Origin: Abditibacteriaceae bacterium
Lineage (GTDB): Bacteria; Armatimonadota; Abditibacteriia; Abditibacteriales; Abditibacteriaceae
NCBI GenBank assembly: GCA_965277285.1
Contig: OZ255721.1
Span: 96,001 to 160,000 of the forward strand
Length of the DNA stretch: 64,000 nt
Direction: 5' to 3'
The position numbers and the translations under genes were made by a program. Below the pieces are notes generated by a model. It was not told the origin of the DNA. It was given only the letters and a program-made list of their open reading frames with translations, and did not search any database. Shown here piece after piece: positions 9,663 through 19,804 of this stretch; position 1 is the first letter of the stretch, and the number at the start of each line of letters is the position of its first letter.

Positions 9663-10901
9663 TCACGCACGAGGTTTTGGTTTTTGCGGTTGCGTCACGT
9701 CTTCGAGTACTCGAATGACAGCAATTTTATTTACGTCGCGCGCCCAATCGAGCGCGGTTCTGCCGTCTCTATCGCGCATTTTTGGGTTCGCACCGTGTCG
9801 CAAAAGCAATTTGATGGTTGTCGCGTCGCCGACGCTTGCAGCGTACATCAAAGCCGAACTTCCATCGTCTTCACTTTGCCAGTTGACTTTTGCGCCTCTT
9901 TGCAACAGTGCTTGCACAATGTCGGGTACGAAACGCGACGACGCACAGAGCAGCGGCGACCAATGATCGTCGCAAACGTTGACATTCGCGCCGTGATTCA
10001 CAAGCGCCCAGAAGATTTTATTTTGAGATTGCGGCAAGACATCTGGTTCGCCATGCATCTGAACCAGTGACAGAAGAATCGGTGCGTCGGTCTCATCGTC
10101 ATAGTGTTTAGCGGGGAAAAGATTCGGGTTTGCGCCATGATCGAGCAGAAGTTCAACAATTTCCGGGTTGTGTCTTTTTACGGCGTAAGACAAAGCCGTC
10201 GTGCCTTTTCGCTGCGCCGGTTTTGTTATTACGGCGTTGACTACCGCGCCGCGTTGCAAAAGCATTTGAACTCTTTGAGGACTGAAGTGTGCGACCGCGC
10301 GCATCAATGGCGTGAGGTCAGCGTAATCGTGACTAATTATTGAACGTGTGTTGACGTTGGCGCCGCCTTCGATGAGCAAACGAGCGAACTGATTGTTTCT
10401 GCGAAGCGCCTCAGGCAAAATGGGATTGTCGTCTGTACCGTTAGCTCCGTCAATGTCAGCGCCTTTTTGGAGCATTTCTTTGATGAGTTGTGCGGAGTCG
10501 AGATTTGTAACCGCTTCATAAAAAGGAGTTGAATCGGTGGGCGCGGAACGATAATTGGGATTGGCGCCGTTTTGCACCAGAAAAAGAGCGATGTCAACGC
10601 GATGTCCATTAACGGCATCCGAAAGAGCAGAGCCTGCGAAAGAAGTGTCGTTAACGTCCGCGCCACGCGCTACCAATTGCCTTATCTTTTTGAGATTTCC
10701 ACCGACACTAACTTCCATGCGCAAATCCTGACTTAAGCTTTTACGCAACGACGGCACAAAATAACAAGCTGTGCGATAACCTGTATCACGAATTGGCGCG
10801 CTGAAAAGTAGCGGCACGCACAACAAAGCGCAAAGCGCCGCCAAATGCAGAACCTCGCGTCGCGCTTTTCCCTTCGGCTTTTCGGTGTTTTGGATTGTCA
10901 T
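9663..10901 (-). CDS. Ankyrin repeat protein with N-terminal membrane or signal segment
   Basis: Repeated TPL/TAL...LLxxGAxVN units; start uncertain (the ORF extends to 11180). Confidence 0.85.
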   Translation of the reverse strand: MTIQNTEKPKGKARREVLHLAALCALLCVPLLFSAPIRDTGYRTACYFVPSLRKSLSQDLRMEVSVGGNLKKIRQLVARGADVNDTSFAGSALSDAVNGHRVDIALFLVQNGANPNYRSAPTDSTPFYEAVTNLDSAQLIKEMLQKGADIDGANGTDDNPILPEALRRNNQFARLLIEGGANVNTRSIISHDYADLTPLMRAVAHFSPQRVQMLLQRGAVVNAVITKPAQRKGTTALSYAVKRHNPEIVELLLDHGANPNLFPAKHYDDETDAPILLSLVQMHGEPDVLPQSQNKIFWALVNHGANVNVCDDHWSPLLCASSRFVPDIVQALLQRGAKVNWQSEDDGSSALMYAASVGDATTIKLLLRHGANPKMRDRDGRTALDWARDVNKIAVIRVLEDVTQPQKPKPRA

Positions 10902-11206
10902 TTCGAGTACTCGATTGCGCTTTCGGGAGGCTTTGCCACGTGCCTGTAACCAGGCCAAAGCTTGATCGATCAAGCGATTGGTGACATCCGCGTCGCCTTC
11001 GAGACGCGCGCCGATGCGCTGGTCGCGCGCCATCAAAGTTCCCGCACGAGCGCGCAAAATGATGCGCGCCGCCAAACGCGATTTGCGCCAGCATACGTCA
11101 TTTTTGCGAGAGAGGTTCAAGTGCGCGCTCATAATGGTCTTGATTGTACCGCATTTCTGCGCGCTTCCAGGTTGAAGCAATCAATTCGAGTACTCGATTG
11201 CCAATC

Positions 11207-12430
11207 TCAAACGCTGTAGCCACTTTCATCAAACGAAATCGAGTTTGATGGCTCCAAATTGTCAAGGTTTTCTTCGCTCGGCGCGTTCTTCAATAACTTA
11301 CCCAGAATCGGTGGTGCGATGACCGAAGTCAGCAGCGACATGGCGATGATGATGGCGTAAGTCGTATCGGAGAAAACCTTCGCTTGCTTGCCTAAACTCG
11401 CCACGATAATGCCGACTTCGCCGCGCGGAATCATGCCGACACCGACGATGAGCGCGTTCTTCTTGCCCAGCGAAAGCGCGCCCAATCCACAACCGATCAA
11501 TTTCCCAAGACACGCCAAAATTGTCACTATCAGCAGCGAAAGCAGAACCGGAAAGCTCGCCAGTTCGCGCAAATTGACCTGCGCGCCGGTCACGACGAAG
11601 AAGAACGGAACTAAAAACGCCATGATCGGCTGAATCTGACGCTCCAACGTGTCGCGCTGCCGCGTTTCCGCTGCCACCATGCCGGCCAAAAACGCACCGA
11701 TAATCGCCGCCAAACCCAAGTACGAAGCCGCGACCGCCAAGCCCAGACAAAGCGCGAGGCAAATCGAAAGCGGTGAATGCGGGCTGATCGGCGTGTCCAG
11801 CGCGCCCGAAGAATGGCGCATGATTTTCGTGCCGACCAGCGCGATGACAGCCACGAAACCGACGGCTTGAACGAGCACAATCAAAAGCCGCGTAAAATCA
11901 ACTCCGCCGCCGTTTTGCAGCGCTGTGACGACGCCCAAAAGCAGCATCGCCAAAATGTCGTCGATGACCGCCGCGCCTAAAATAACGCGGCTTGCAGTGC
12001 GCGAAAGCATTCCCATGTCCTGCAAAACGCGCGCGGTGATTCCCGCCGAAGTCGCCACAAACGCAGCTGCGATAAACAGCGATTTATTGAGCGAAAAATG
12101 ATTCGCTTCCGCCCACAAAACGCCCAGAAAAAAAGGCACAATGACGCCACAAACGCCGACCAGCGTCGCCGCTTTACCGACTTTCTTCAAGTCTTCGACG
12201 CGCGTTTCCAGGCCAACTGAAAACAACAGCAAAACGGCGCCGATTTCGGCCAGAACTTCCAGCGGTTCGTTGATGTGAACCCAGTTCAAAACCGATACGC
12301 CGACCACGCAACCCGCCGCAATTTCGCCGACAACTGCGGGAAGTTTCAAGCGACCCGCGATTTCCGCCCCGATTTGCGCCGCCACGAAAACCACGAACAA
12401 ACTGAGCAAAATCTGCGTGGTGTGATTCAT
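11207..12430 (-). CDS. Cation:proton antiporter (CPA2, KefB/NapA-like)
   Basis: LLFSVGLE, AAVIDD, GMIPRGEV; about 12 transmembrane helices. Confidence 0.9.
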   Translation of the reverse strand: MNHTTQILLSLFVVFVAAQIGAEIAGRLKLPAVVGEIAAGCVVGVSVLNWVHINEPLEVLAEIGAVLLLFSVGLETRVEDLKKVGKAATLVGVCGVIVPFFLGVLWAEANHFSLNKSLFIAAAFVATSAGITARVLQDMGMLSRTASRVILGAAVIDDILAMLLLGVVTALQNGGGVDFTRLLIVLVQAVGFVAVIALVGTKIMRHSSGALDTPISPHSPLSICLALCLGLAVAASYLGLAAIIGAFLAGMVAAETRQRDTLERQIQPIMAFLVPFFFVVTGAQVNLRELASFPVLLSLLIVTILACLGKLIGCGLGALSLGKKNALIVGVGMIPRGEVGIIVASLGKQAKVFSDTTYAIIIAMSLLTSVIAPPILGKLLKNAPSEENLDNLEPSNSISFDESGYSV

Positions 12431-12498
12431 GTTTTATTAGCCACAAAGAACACAGAGAACACAAAGAAAAAGCAGAATCGAGTACTCGAAAGTCCCGC

Positions 12499-12568
12499 TT
12501 TGTCATTCTGAACGCAGTGAAGAATCTGACTTCCACGCAAGACTCTTCACTGCATTCAGAATGACAAA
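12499..12568. repeat. REP-like hairpin of the TGTCAT(T/C)CTGA..GCAG.GAAG family; second copy at 56720-56792
   Basis: TTTGTCATTCTGAACGCAGTGAAGA pairs with TCTTCACTGCATTCAGAATGACAAA. Confidence 0.85.
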
Positions 12569-12621
12569 CTTACAGTTACATTCTCGATGGTTTCTCTTGG
12601 CGAACTTGGCATCTTGGTGGT

Positions 12622-13797
12622 TTATTTCAAATGCTTGCCCAATTGGTCTAAATCGCTCTCCGTGTTCATCCAGTGCGGCGAAACGCGAATCCATTTTTGG
12701 CCGGATTTATCGGCGCGAATCGACAACTCAAAATGTTCGCTCAACGCATTGAACAATTCTTCCGTATTGCGTTGCGGATGGTGGAAGGAAACGATGCCCG
12801 CTTTTTCTGATGTCTGCGGATGATAAAGCAGTTCGCAACCGGCGTTTTCGAGTACTCGAACGGCGTGATCGCGCAAAGCAACGACGCGGTTTTCGACTGT
12901 CTGCGCGCCGATTTCTTCGTGCTGCGCCAGAACTGCATCCAGCGCGACGGCGCCGATATAATTGCGCGCGCCTGGCTCGAAACGTTCGGCGGAGTCGAGC
13001 GGCGTTGTGTCGTAGGCGAACCAATTGTCGCGCTCTTTGGGCGACAGCCAACCTAAAATCGCCGGACGCAATTGTTGACGCGCTTCCTTTCTCGACCACA
13101 AAACAGCGATACCATTTGGCCCCAGCAGCCATTTGTGCGCGTCGGCACAAACGAAATCGACATGCGTCGCATCCAATTGAATGGCGCCCAGAGTTTGAAT
13201 CGCGTCCACGCAAAACAAAACGCCGCGCTCGTGCAACCATCCGCCGATTTCAGTGATGTTGATCGGACAGCCGGAAAGAAAATTCGCGCTGCAAAGGCTG
13301 ACGATGCGCGTGCGGTCATCGACCAAAGGTTTCACGTCGTCCAGCGTGATGTTCATCTGTGGACGAAAAGGAATCAGTCGCACATCAATTTCGTGACGAT
13401 GTTGAAGGTTTTTCCACGGGACGACGTTAGCGGGGAAATCGCCGTCCGCGACGACGCAATTATCACCGCTTTTCCAACTGATTCCCGTGGCGACAATTCC
13501 CAAAGCGTGCGACGTGGAACCAGCGAACGCGACATCTTCGTGCGAAGTTTCGACGTTTAGCATCAAGCGCGCGGCGCGAGTTTTGGCGCGCTTGTACATT
13601 TCTTCGTCGCTTGGCTCGAATTGTCCGCGATTCGCCAACGCTGTCGAGTACTCGATAAGTGCGTCGCGCGCGACTTGCGGCAAAGGCGAAACAGACGCGT
13701 GCGCGAGGAAGATTTTGTTCTTGAAAAACGGAAACGCGCGATAACGCCACTCTTGGAAAGCGGCCTCATCGCGCGTCAAAGCGTCGAAGGTATTCAT
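12622..13797 (-). CDS. Class V PLP-dependent aminotransferase (cysteine desulfurase/selenocysteine lyase-like)
   Basis: VDAIQTLG, DAHKWLLGPNG (PLP lysine), IRVSPHWMN. Confidence 0.88.
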   Translation of the reverse strand: MNTFDALTRDEAAFQEWRYRAFPFFKNKIFLAHASVSPLPQVARDALIEYSTALANRGQFEPSDEEMYKRAKTRAARLMLNVETSHEDVAFAGSTSHALGIVATGISWKSGDNCVVADGDFPANVVPWKNLQHRHEIDVRLIPFRPQMNITLDDVKPLVDDRTRIVSLCSANFLSGCPINITEIGGWLHERGVLFCVDAIQTLGAIQLDATHVDFVCADAHKWLLGPNGIAVLWSRKEARQQLRPAILGWLSPKERDNWFAYDTTPLDSAERFEPGARNYIGAVALDAVLAQHEEIGAQTVENRVVALRDHAVRVLENAGCELLYHPQTSEKAGIVSFHHPQRNTEELFNALSEHFELSIRADKSGQKWIRVSPHWMNTESDLDQLGKHLK

Positions 13798-13845
13798 ATG
13801 AAACAGTTTACAGCGAAACTGTTTCGCGTGAATTAAACGGTGAAA

Positions 13846-14043
13846 TTAAAGCGAGGTGCGGTTGTTGTGGTCGGTTGTAGTTACGACGGTTGTGGTTGGT
13901 TCGTCATCGTCGCGCGTGGCTTTCTTAAATTCCTTCATGCCCTGACCCAAACCGCGCATCATTTCCGGTATTTTCGAGCCGCCAAACAAAACCAGCACGA
14001 TCAACAAGACGATCACCAGTTTTTCGATTCCCATTGCGCCCAT
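13846..14043 (-). CDS. tatA: Twin-arginine translocase TatA/TatE subunit
   Basis: LVLFGGSKIPEMMRGLGQGMKEFKKA; GGGAG RBS upstream. Confidence 0.92.
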   Translation of the reverse strand: MGAMGIEKLVIVLLIVLVLFGGSKIPEMMRGLGQGMKEFKKATRDDDEPTTTVVTTTDHNNRTSL

Positions 14044-14234
14044 AATAGTCTCCCTTCGTCCGCCATCGAGTACTCGATACAGCGTTTCGCTGGCGCAAAC
14101 GACGCTTGGAGTATAGCCGCGCGTTCCCTTTCTATCAACACATCTATCAACACAGAAGCAACCAAAAGAAATTCGCGCAACTCCACGCCTTTTCCAGACG
14201 TGGTGACGCTTATTTCAAAGCGGAATTGCTATAA

Positions 14235-15431
14235 TTGCAGCCAGAAACTCTTATGCCAAACGCTCTTCTTTCCGACGATTGCCGCCTCGAAACCGACAAT
14301 CTGTCGCGTCCCAGTTCGCGCCCGACGTGGGCTGAAATCGACTTGTCGGCCTTGCGCCACAACGTGCGCGGCATTCGTCAGCGCGTCGGCGGCAAAACGC
14401 AAATTATGGGCATCGTCAAGGCGAACGCTTATGGTCATGGTTTAGTACGCATCGCGCAGGAACTGGTCGCGTGCGGCGTGGAACAACTCGGCGTCGCTTT
14501 TGTGGAAGAAGGCATCGAATTGCGACAGAACGGAATCCGTGCTCCGATTTTGGTTTTGGGCGGCATTATCGGCGATCAAGTCGAAGAGTTTTTGCGCTGG
14601 GATTTAACGATTACCGCATCGTCGACTTACAAGCTCGAACTCATTGAAGAAGCCGCGCAGAAATTGGGCAAGCGCGCCAAGATTCATGTCAAAATTGATA
14701 CCGGCATGGAGCGTTTGGGCGTTCATCATTACAGCGCCGAAACCTTGCTGGAACGTGTCGCGCAATCGCAATGGTGCGATTTGTGCGGCGTCTTTTCGCA
14801 TCTGGCGACAAGTGAAGGCGAAGACAAATCGTTTACCGAACTGCAACTGGAACGCTTTCTTCGCGTACTCGAATGGTTTCCGCGCAACGGAATCAAAATG
14901 CCGCTGCGCCACATCGCCAATTCGGGCGGCATCTTGAACCATGAAGCAACTTTTCTCGATATGGTGCGTCCCGGCCTGATGCTTTATGGCGTTTATCCTG
15001 CTGAAAACGTCCAACGCACGGTCGAATTGAAACGTGTTCTGTCGCTGAAAACGCGCGTCGTGTTTTTCAAAGTGACCAAAGCCGGCGCGAGCGTTGGTTA
15101 TGGACAAAGTTGGACGGCGCCGCGCGACACGCGCATTGTCACGCTGCCGGTTGGTTATGGCGATGGTTATCGTCGTAGCTTGTCGAACAAAGGTTGTGTC
15201 CTGGTGCGCGGCGTCAAAGCGCCGATTGTGGGCGTTGTTTCGATGGATCAAATCACGGTGGACATTGGGCCAGACGGCACCGCTTACAACGATGACGAAG
15301 TGGTTTTGCTGGGCGAGCAGGGCGGCCAAAAAATTGCCGTTGAAGACTTGGCGCGTTGGATGGACACCATTCCTTACGAAGTGTTGACGGGGATCAATAC
15401 GCGTGTGCCGCGCCTTTATGTGGATAAGTAA
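14235..15431 (+). CDS. alr: Alanine racemase
   Basis: VKANAYGHG, KIDTGMERLG, VRPGLMLYG, PVGYGDG, SMDQ, TIPYE. Confidence 0.95.
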   Translation: MQPETLMPNALLSDDCRLETDNLSRPSSRPTWAEIDLSALRHNVRGIRQRVGGKTQIMGIVKANAYGHGLVRIAQELVACGVEQLGVAFVEEGIELRQNGIRAPILVLGGIIGDQVEEFLRWDLTITASSTYKLELIEEAAQKLGKRAKIHVKIDTGMERLGVHHYSAETLLERVAQSQWCDLCGVFSHLATSEGEDKSFTELQLERFLRVLEWFPRNGIKMPLRHIANSGGILNHEATFLDMVRPGLMLYGVYPAENVQRTVELKRVLSLKTRVVFFKVTKAGASVGYGQSWTAPRDTRIVTLPVGYGDGYRRSLSNKGCVLVRGVKAPIVGVVSMDQITVDIGPDGTAYNDDEVVLLGEQGGQKIAVEDLARWMDTIPYEVLTGINTRVPRLYVDK

Positions 15432-15432
15432 T

Positions 15433-15518
15433 TGGCCGGAATCAGGGCAACCACAAGGGTTGCCCCTACATTGGTGTCGTCGTAGGGGCAACCCTTGTGG
15501 TTGCCCTGATTCCGGCCA
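15433..15518. repeat. GTAG-family REP doublet (REPIN-like) with 37-bp perfect arms; same core at 41705-41768 and 59007-59068
   Basis: ...GGGCAACCACAAGGGTTGCCCCTAC / GTAGGGGCAACCCTTGTGGTTGCCC... Confidence 0.9.
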
Positions 15519-15538
15519 GCAATCGAGTACTCGAATTG

Positions 15539-16438
15539 ATGCAAACTCAGTTTTTGAATAATTTGTGGCCGCTGCTGCGGCAGATCGATTTGATCGCGCT
15601 CCTGGACATCGCTCTGGTGGCGACGATGATTTATTATCTGCTCGTCTTGGCCAAAGGCACGCGCGCCATTCAATTGCTGAAAGGTTTGGTAACGTTGCTG
15701 GTTGTGATGCAAGTCGCGCAATGGCTGGGTTTGGACACTTTGCAGTGGATTATTCGCCAGGCGATCTTCGCGTCGGCTCTGGTCGTGGTAATTTTATTTC
15801 AGCCGGAATTGCGCGCCGCCTTGGATCAATTAGGACGCGGACAATTGGGCGTTTTGGGTTTGACGCGGCGCCGCGCGACACCCGAAACCGCGCGCAGCGT
15901 CGGCGAAATCACCAAAGCCGTCGATCAATTGGCGCAACGTTCGATTGGCGCTTTGATCGTTATTGAGCGCGACACCGGTTTGGACGATGTTTCGGCTACG
16001 GGAACGCTGCTCAACGCGCGCTTGTCCGCCGATTTTTTGCTGACGCTTTTTTATCCAGGAAACCCGATGCACGACGGCGCGGTCGTGGTCAATGAAGGAA
16101 ACGTTGTCGCGGCGGGTTGTATTTTGCCTTTATCTCAAACGCAAAACTTGCCGCGCACCGTTGGCACACGCCATCGCGCCGCTTTGGGTTTGAGCGAAAC
16201 AACGGACGCGATTGTCGTGGTCGTCAGCGAAGAAAGCGGCAACGTCAGCCTGGCGCACGAAGGCACCATGACTTCTATTTTGCAAACCAAATTGCTGGCC
16301 GATGAATTGTTGTCGCTGCTGGGCAACGCCGAAGGTGCCGCGCGCCTGCGACCTTTCGCGCGCAGCGTTTCTGTCGCGGCGCGCAGCCTGCCGCGCACTA
16401 CGATTGGAACACTACGTGCGGCTTGGAAAAAACATTAA
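15539..16438 (+). CDS. cdaA: Diadenylate cyclase CdaA
   Basis: Three N-terminal TM helices, FQPELR, GALIVIER, HDGA, GTRHRAA, VSEESG. Confidence 0.93.
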   Translation: MQTQFLNNLWPLLRQIDLIALLDIALVATMIYYLLVLAKGTRAIQLLKGLVTLLVVMQVAQWLGLDTLQWIIRQAIFASALVVVILFQPELRAALDQLGRGQLGVLGLTRRRATPETARSVGEITKAVDQLAQRSIGALIVIERDTGLDDVSATGTLLNARLSADFLLTLFYPGNPMHDGAVVVNEGNVVAAGCILPLSQTQNLPRTVGTRHRAALGLSETTDAIVVVVSEESGNVSLAHEGTMTSILQTKLLADELLSLLGNAEGAARLRPFARSVSVAARSLPRTTIGTLRAAWKKH

Positions 16439-16446
16439 CGTAACTC

Positions 16447-16539
16447 GTAGGGGCGAAGCATGCTTCGCCCTTTGCTCGTTCCAATACTCGAGAAACTATC
16501 TGGTAGCACAAACAACGGGCGAAGCATGCTTCGCCCTAC
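16447..16539. repeat. GTAG-family REP pair (GTAGGGGCGAAGCATGCTTCGCCC); related copies at 21112-21135 and 56575-56643
   Basis: Palindromic GGGCGAAGCATGCTTCGCCC preceded by GTAG or followed by CTAC. Confidence 0.85.
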
Positions 16540-16544
16540 AACAT

Positions 16545-16985
16545 ATGAATCGTCTTCGCCACAACTGGAATTTGAAATTGATTTCGCTGGGATTGGCGAT
16601 TTTGTTGTGGCTTCATGTACGCGGCGAAGTTAACCCGACCGAAACGGCGGAAATTGATGTGCCTTTGAAGTTGTCGCCGCCCGCTGGCTGGATGTTTCGC
16701 AGCCTGAGCAAATTGCCGCAACGCGTGACGGTCACCGTCAGCGGGCCGCATCTTACGTTGCGCGATATCAAAGGTGGCGCTTTGGCCAATCCGCTCAATT
16801 CTCTTGCGCCCGTCACTTCGTCCACAACCGAAGGCGCGCAGGTCAAATTGTCGCCGGTTGCTTTGGATGCACGCACTGGCGAACAAGAAATCACGCTCAA
16901 TGCGCAAACCGACGCGCCTGATGTCGATGTGCTGGGCGTCAAACCGTCGTCAGTAGTGGTCAATCTCCAACGCGCGAAAAGTTAA
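16545..16985 (+). CDS. CdaR/YbbR-like regulator (short form)
   Basis: HNWNLKLISLGLAILLWLHV N-terminus, VTVTVSGP; directly after cdaA. Confidence 0.8.
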   Translation: MNRLRHNWNLKLISLGLAILLWLHVRGEVNPTETAEIDVPLKLSPPAGWMFRSLSKLPQRVTVTVSGPHLTLRDIKGGALANPLNSLAPVTSSTTEGAQVKLSPVALDARTGEQEITLNAQTDAPDVDVLGVKPSSVVVNLQRAKS

Positions 16986-16992
16986 ACCCTCA

Positions 16993-17238
16993 ATGACAAA
17001 ATTGCAATCAGTTCGCATCGCTCTTTGCTCCTCAATTTTGGGTGGTTTGTGCAGCTTTTTGCAATTCGCACTTTGCGTCATGGTGCTGCCTTTGTTCTGG
17101 CCTCCCGCAACCAATGCCTCGTCGAAAGATCTCGGGGAAGTAACAATCACCGCAGTCAGCGTCGTGGCCGCACTTCTTTGCCATGTTTTTGTCACGTTAG
17201 CTTTCATAAAGTTCTTCCAAAAGAGCGCGACACCGTGA
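16993..17238 (+). CDS. Small membrane protein
   Basis: Two hydrophobic helices; starts 7 nt after the cdaR stop. Confidence 0.45.
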   Translation: MTKLQSVRIALCSSILGGLCSFLQFALCVMVLPLFWPPATNASSKDLGEVTITAVSVVAALLCHVFVTLAFIKFFQKSATP

Positions 17239-17312
17239 CGACGCGGAACGCAATGAAACTTTAGCTGTCAACCGATGAAATAATTGCCAGGCGATCGAAG
17301 GAGCACGCGAAA

Positions 17313-18029
17313 ATGAACGATAATTCTCCTCATTACAACGAAAAAATGCTGGACGCCAAAGCCAAACTGCTCGAGCGTTTCAAGCGCGAAGACGAAAACG
17401 GACATTTTCAGCCGACGACTTTGAAAACAACGCCACAGGAACGAGCGGCGCGACGTATTCCGCAAGGTCAACACGAAAGCAAAGGTTTTCCGATTTTAGA
17501 TTTGGGCGTGCGTCCGGCTTTCAATCCCGCGACATGGCGTTTCAAAGTCTGGGGCGAAGTCGAAACCCCAATCGAACTTTCGTGGGACGATTGGAAACAA
17601 TTGCCGCGCGTCCGTCAGACGACCGATTTTCATTGCGTCACGACGTGGAGCAAGCTGGACGTGCAATGGGGCGGCGTGCGTTTTTCCGATCTGGCGGCGC
17701 TCGTGATGCCGACGCAAAAGGCGAAGTTCGTGATTCAACATGGCGCCGAAGGTTACACGACGAACACGCCGCTGGAAGAATTGATGGACAACGACGTTTT
17801 GCTGGCCGATGAATTCGTCCTGAACTTGAACGGCAAAGATAACGGTTGGCAACCGATTCCGACCGAGCGTGGCGGCCCTTTGCGCACGGTTGTTCCCAAA
17901 CTTTACGCGTGGAAAGGCTCCAAGTTTCTGGTTGGTCTGCGTTTCCAGGAGCGCGATGAACCAGGTTTCTGGGAAATGCGCGGCTATCACAATCATGCCG
18001 ACCCGTGGCGCAACGAACGATTCGGTTGA
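17313..18029 (+). CDS. Molybdopterin-dependent sulfite oxidase-like oxidoreductase (MsrP/YedY-like, no signal peptide)
   Basis: DFHCVTTWS, GYTTN, GGPLRTVVPKLYAWKGSK, PGFWEMRGYH. Confidence 0.88.
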   Translation: MNDNSPHYNEKMLDAKAKLLERFKREDENGHFQPTTLKTTPQERAARRIPQGQHESKGFPILDLGVRPAFNPATWRFKVWGEVETPIELSWDDWKQLPRVRQTTDFHCVTTWSKLDVQWGGVRFSDLAALVMPTQKAKFVIQHGAEGYTTNTPLEELMDNDVLLADEFVLNLNGKDNGWQPIPTERGGPLRTVVPKLYAWKGSKFLVGLRFQERDEPGFWEMRGYHNHADPWRNERFG

Positions 18030-18092
18030 GAGGTTTTGCATCTAACGAGTACTCGAACTTCGAGTACTCGTTATTGTTTTGGATGTCAAATT

Positions 18093-18121
18093 TTGACGCA
18101 TTGGGATAAACGGGCTAAAAT
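18093..18121 (+). promoter_or_regulatory. Sigma70-type promoter for the lipid A cluster
   Basis: TTGACG-17 bp-TAAAAT. Confidence 0.55.
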
Positions 18122-18191
18122 GGAACGTCATACCGCCGACGCTATTTATAAACGCCATTGAAATTGTTCACGGCAGCAAGGGAGACGCAGG

Positions 18192-19799
18192 ATGTCCGAG
18201 ACGCAAACGCCCGCTTCGCAGGAATCGCAATCAGGAAAGGAACGCACGAAAAGCCGCGTGCAGATGTCGAAAACCCCTTTCCCGCCGCTGACGATGCCTT
18301 TGGGTTACGAAGAAATCTGTCAGATTTTGCCGCATCGCTATCCATTTCTGCTGGTCGATAAAATCATCGAATTGGAGCCGGGCGTGCGTTGCGTCGGCAT
18401 CAAAAACGTGACCGCCAACGAAGAATTTTTTCTGGGACATTTTCCTGGTCACCCTGTGATGCCAGGCGTTCTCATTTTGGAAGCGATGGCGCAAATCGCG
18501 GGCATTTTGACTCTCGTTTCACGCAATACGCCGGGCGCGCTTTCTTATTTTGCCAAAATCGAACAGGCACGTTTTCATCGTCCCGTGCGACCCGGCGATC
18601 AACTCGTCACCGAAGCGACGCTTCAAGTGTTGCGTGGCCCGCTTTGCAAAGCCGTCGTCGTCGGGCGCGTCGATGGCGAAGTCGTAGTTGAAGGCGAGTA
18701 CACGTTTTTTACTGGCCCGGACAGCGCTGCCGCCTCTATCGTTTCTGCGCAAAACGCCAACCTTTCCGCGATGGCGCACAACGCCGCGCTGATGAACTCT
18801 TCCAGCAATGTCATCGCAAGCAGCGCAGCGACAAATGGCAACGCGAACGGCAGCGATGCGAACCTAAATAGCGCGAACGTTAGTAGCGCGAACGGCGCCC
18901 ATCGAGTACTCGAATCCGTGCAGGAAACCGTACCGAACTCGGCATCGCAGAAAAGCGCGAGCAGCGAAGTTGTCAGCGTGGTTGCGCCGCGCGAAAGCAC
19001 TGGCCAAACCTTTATTCACCCGACGGCGATTGTCGATTCCAATGCGAAAATCGGGAATGGCGTGTGGATCGGGCCGCATTGCATCATCGAAGGCGATACG
19101 CAAATCGGCGACAACACGGTTTTGGAATCGAATGTTCTGGTCAAATCGGGTACCAGCGTCGGTCAGCGTTGCCGCATCTGGCCAAACGTGATTTTGGGAC
19201 ACGAGCCGCAGGACATGAAATATCGCGGCGAACGAAGTTTTCTGCGCATCGGCGACGACAACATCCTGCGCGAAATGGTGACGATTCATCGCGGAACCGG
19301 CGAAGGTACCGCGACTGTTATCGGTAATCGCAATATGCTGATGGCGTATGTTCACATCGGCCACAATTGCAGCATCGGCGACAACAACATGATTTCCAAT
19401 TCGACCGGCTTTTCCGGCCACGTCACGATTGAAGACAACGTTGTAATTGGCGGTTTCGTCGGCGTGCATCAGTTTGTTCACATCGGCAAAATGGCGATGG
19501 TTGGAGGTTTGTCCAAAGTCGTGCAAGACGTGCCGCCATTTTGTACGTGCGATGGTCGTCCGGCCAAAGTTCACGGCCTGAACACGCGGGGCCTGCGTCG
19601 TAACGGCGTTTCGGTCGAGCAGCGAATGCAAGTCGGCAACGCCTTCAAATTGTTGTATCGCTCGAACTTGAACACCTCGCAAGCTTTGGCGCAAATTGAA
19701 GCCGAAGTCCCCAAAAGCCCAACGCTGGATTATTTTGTCGAATTTATTGAACGCGTCCGCGAAGGCCGCCTGGGTCGCCAAGACGAAAACGCGCTGTAA
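18192..19799 (+). CDS. fabZ-lpxA: FabZ-LpxA fusion (3-hydroxyacyl-ACP dehydratase plus UDP-GlcNAc O-acyltransferase)
   Basis: N-terminal LPHRYPFLLVD and HFPGHPVMPGVLILEAMAQ; Ala/Ser/Asn-rich linker; C-terminal hexapeptide repeats, PQDMKY, REMVTIHRGT, HIGHNC, VHQF, GLNTRGLRR. Confidence 0.92.
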   Translation: MSETQTPASQESQSGKERTKSRVQMSKTPFPPLTMPLGYEEICQILPHRYPFLLVDKIIELEPGVRCVGIKNVTANEEFFLGHFPGHPVMPGVLILEAMAQIAGILTLVSRNTPGALSYFAKIEQARFHRPVRPGDQLVTEATLQVLRGPLCKAVVVGRVDGEVVVEGEYTFFTGPDSAAASIVSAQNANLSAMAHNAALMNSSSNVIASSAATNGNANGSDANLNSANVSSANGAHRVLESVQETVPNSASQKSASSEVVSVVAPRESTGQTFIHPTAIVDSNAKIGNGVWIGPHCIIEGDTQIGDNTVLESNVLVKSGTSVGQRCRIWPNVILGHEPQDMKYRGERSFLRIGDDNILREMVTIHRGTGEGTATVIGNRNMLMAYVHIGHNCSIGDNNMISNSTGFSGHVTIEDNVVIGGFVGVHQFVHIGKMAMVGGLSKVVQDVPPFCTCDGRPAKVHGLNTRGLRRNGVSVEQRMQVGNAFKLLYRSNLNTSQALAQIEAEVPKSPTLDYFVEFIERVREGRLGRQDENAL

Positions 19800-19804
19800 C
19801 CAAC

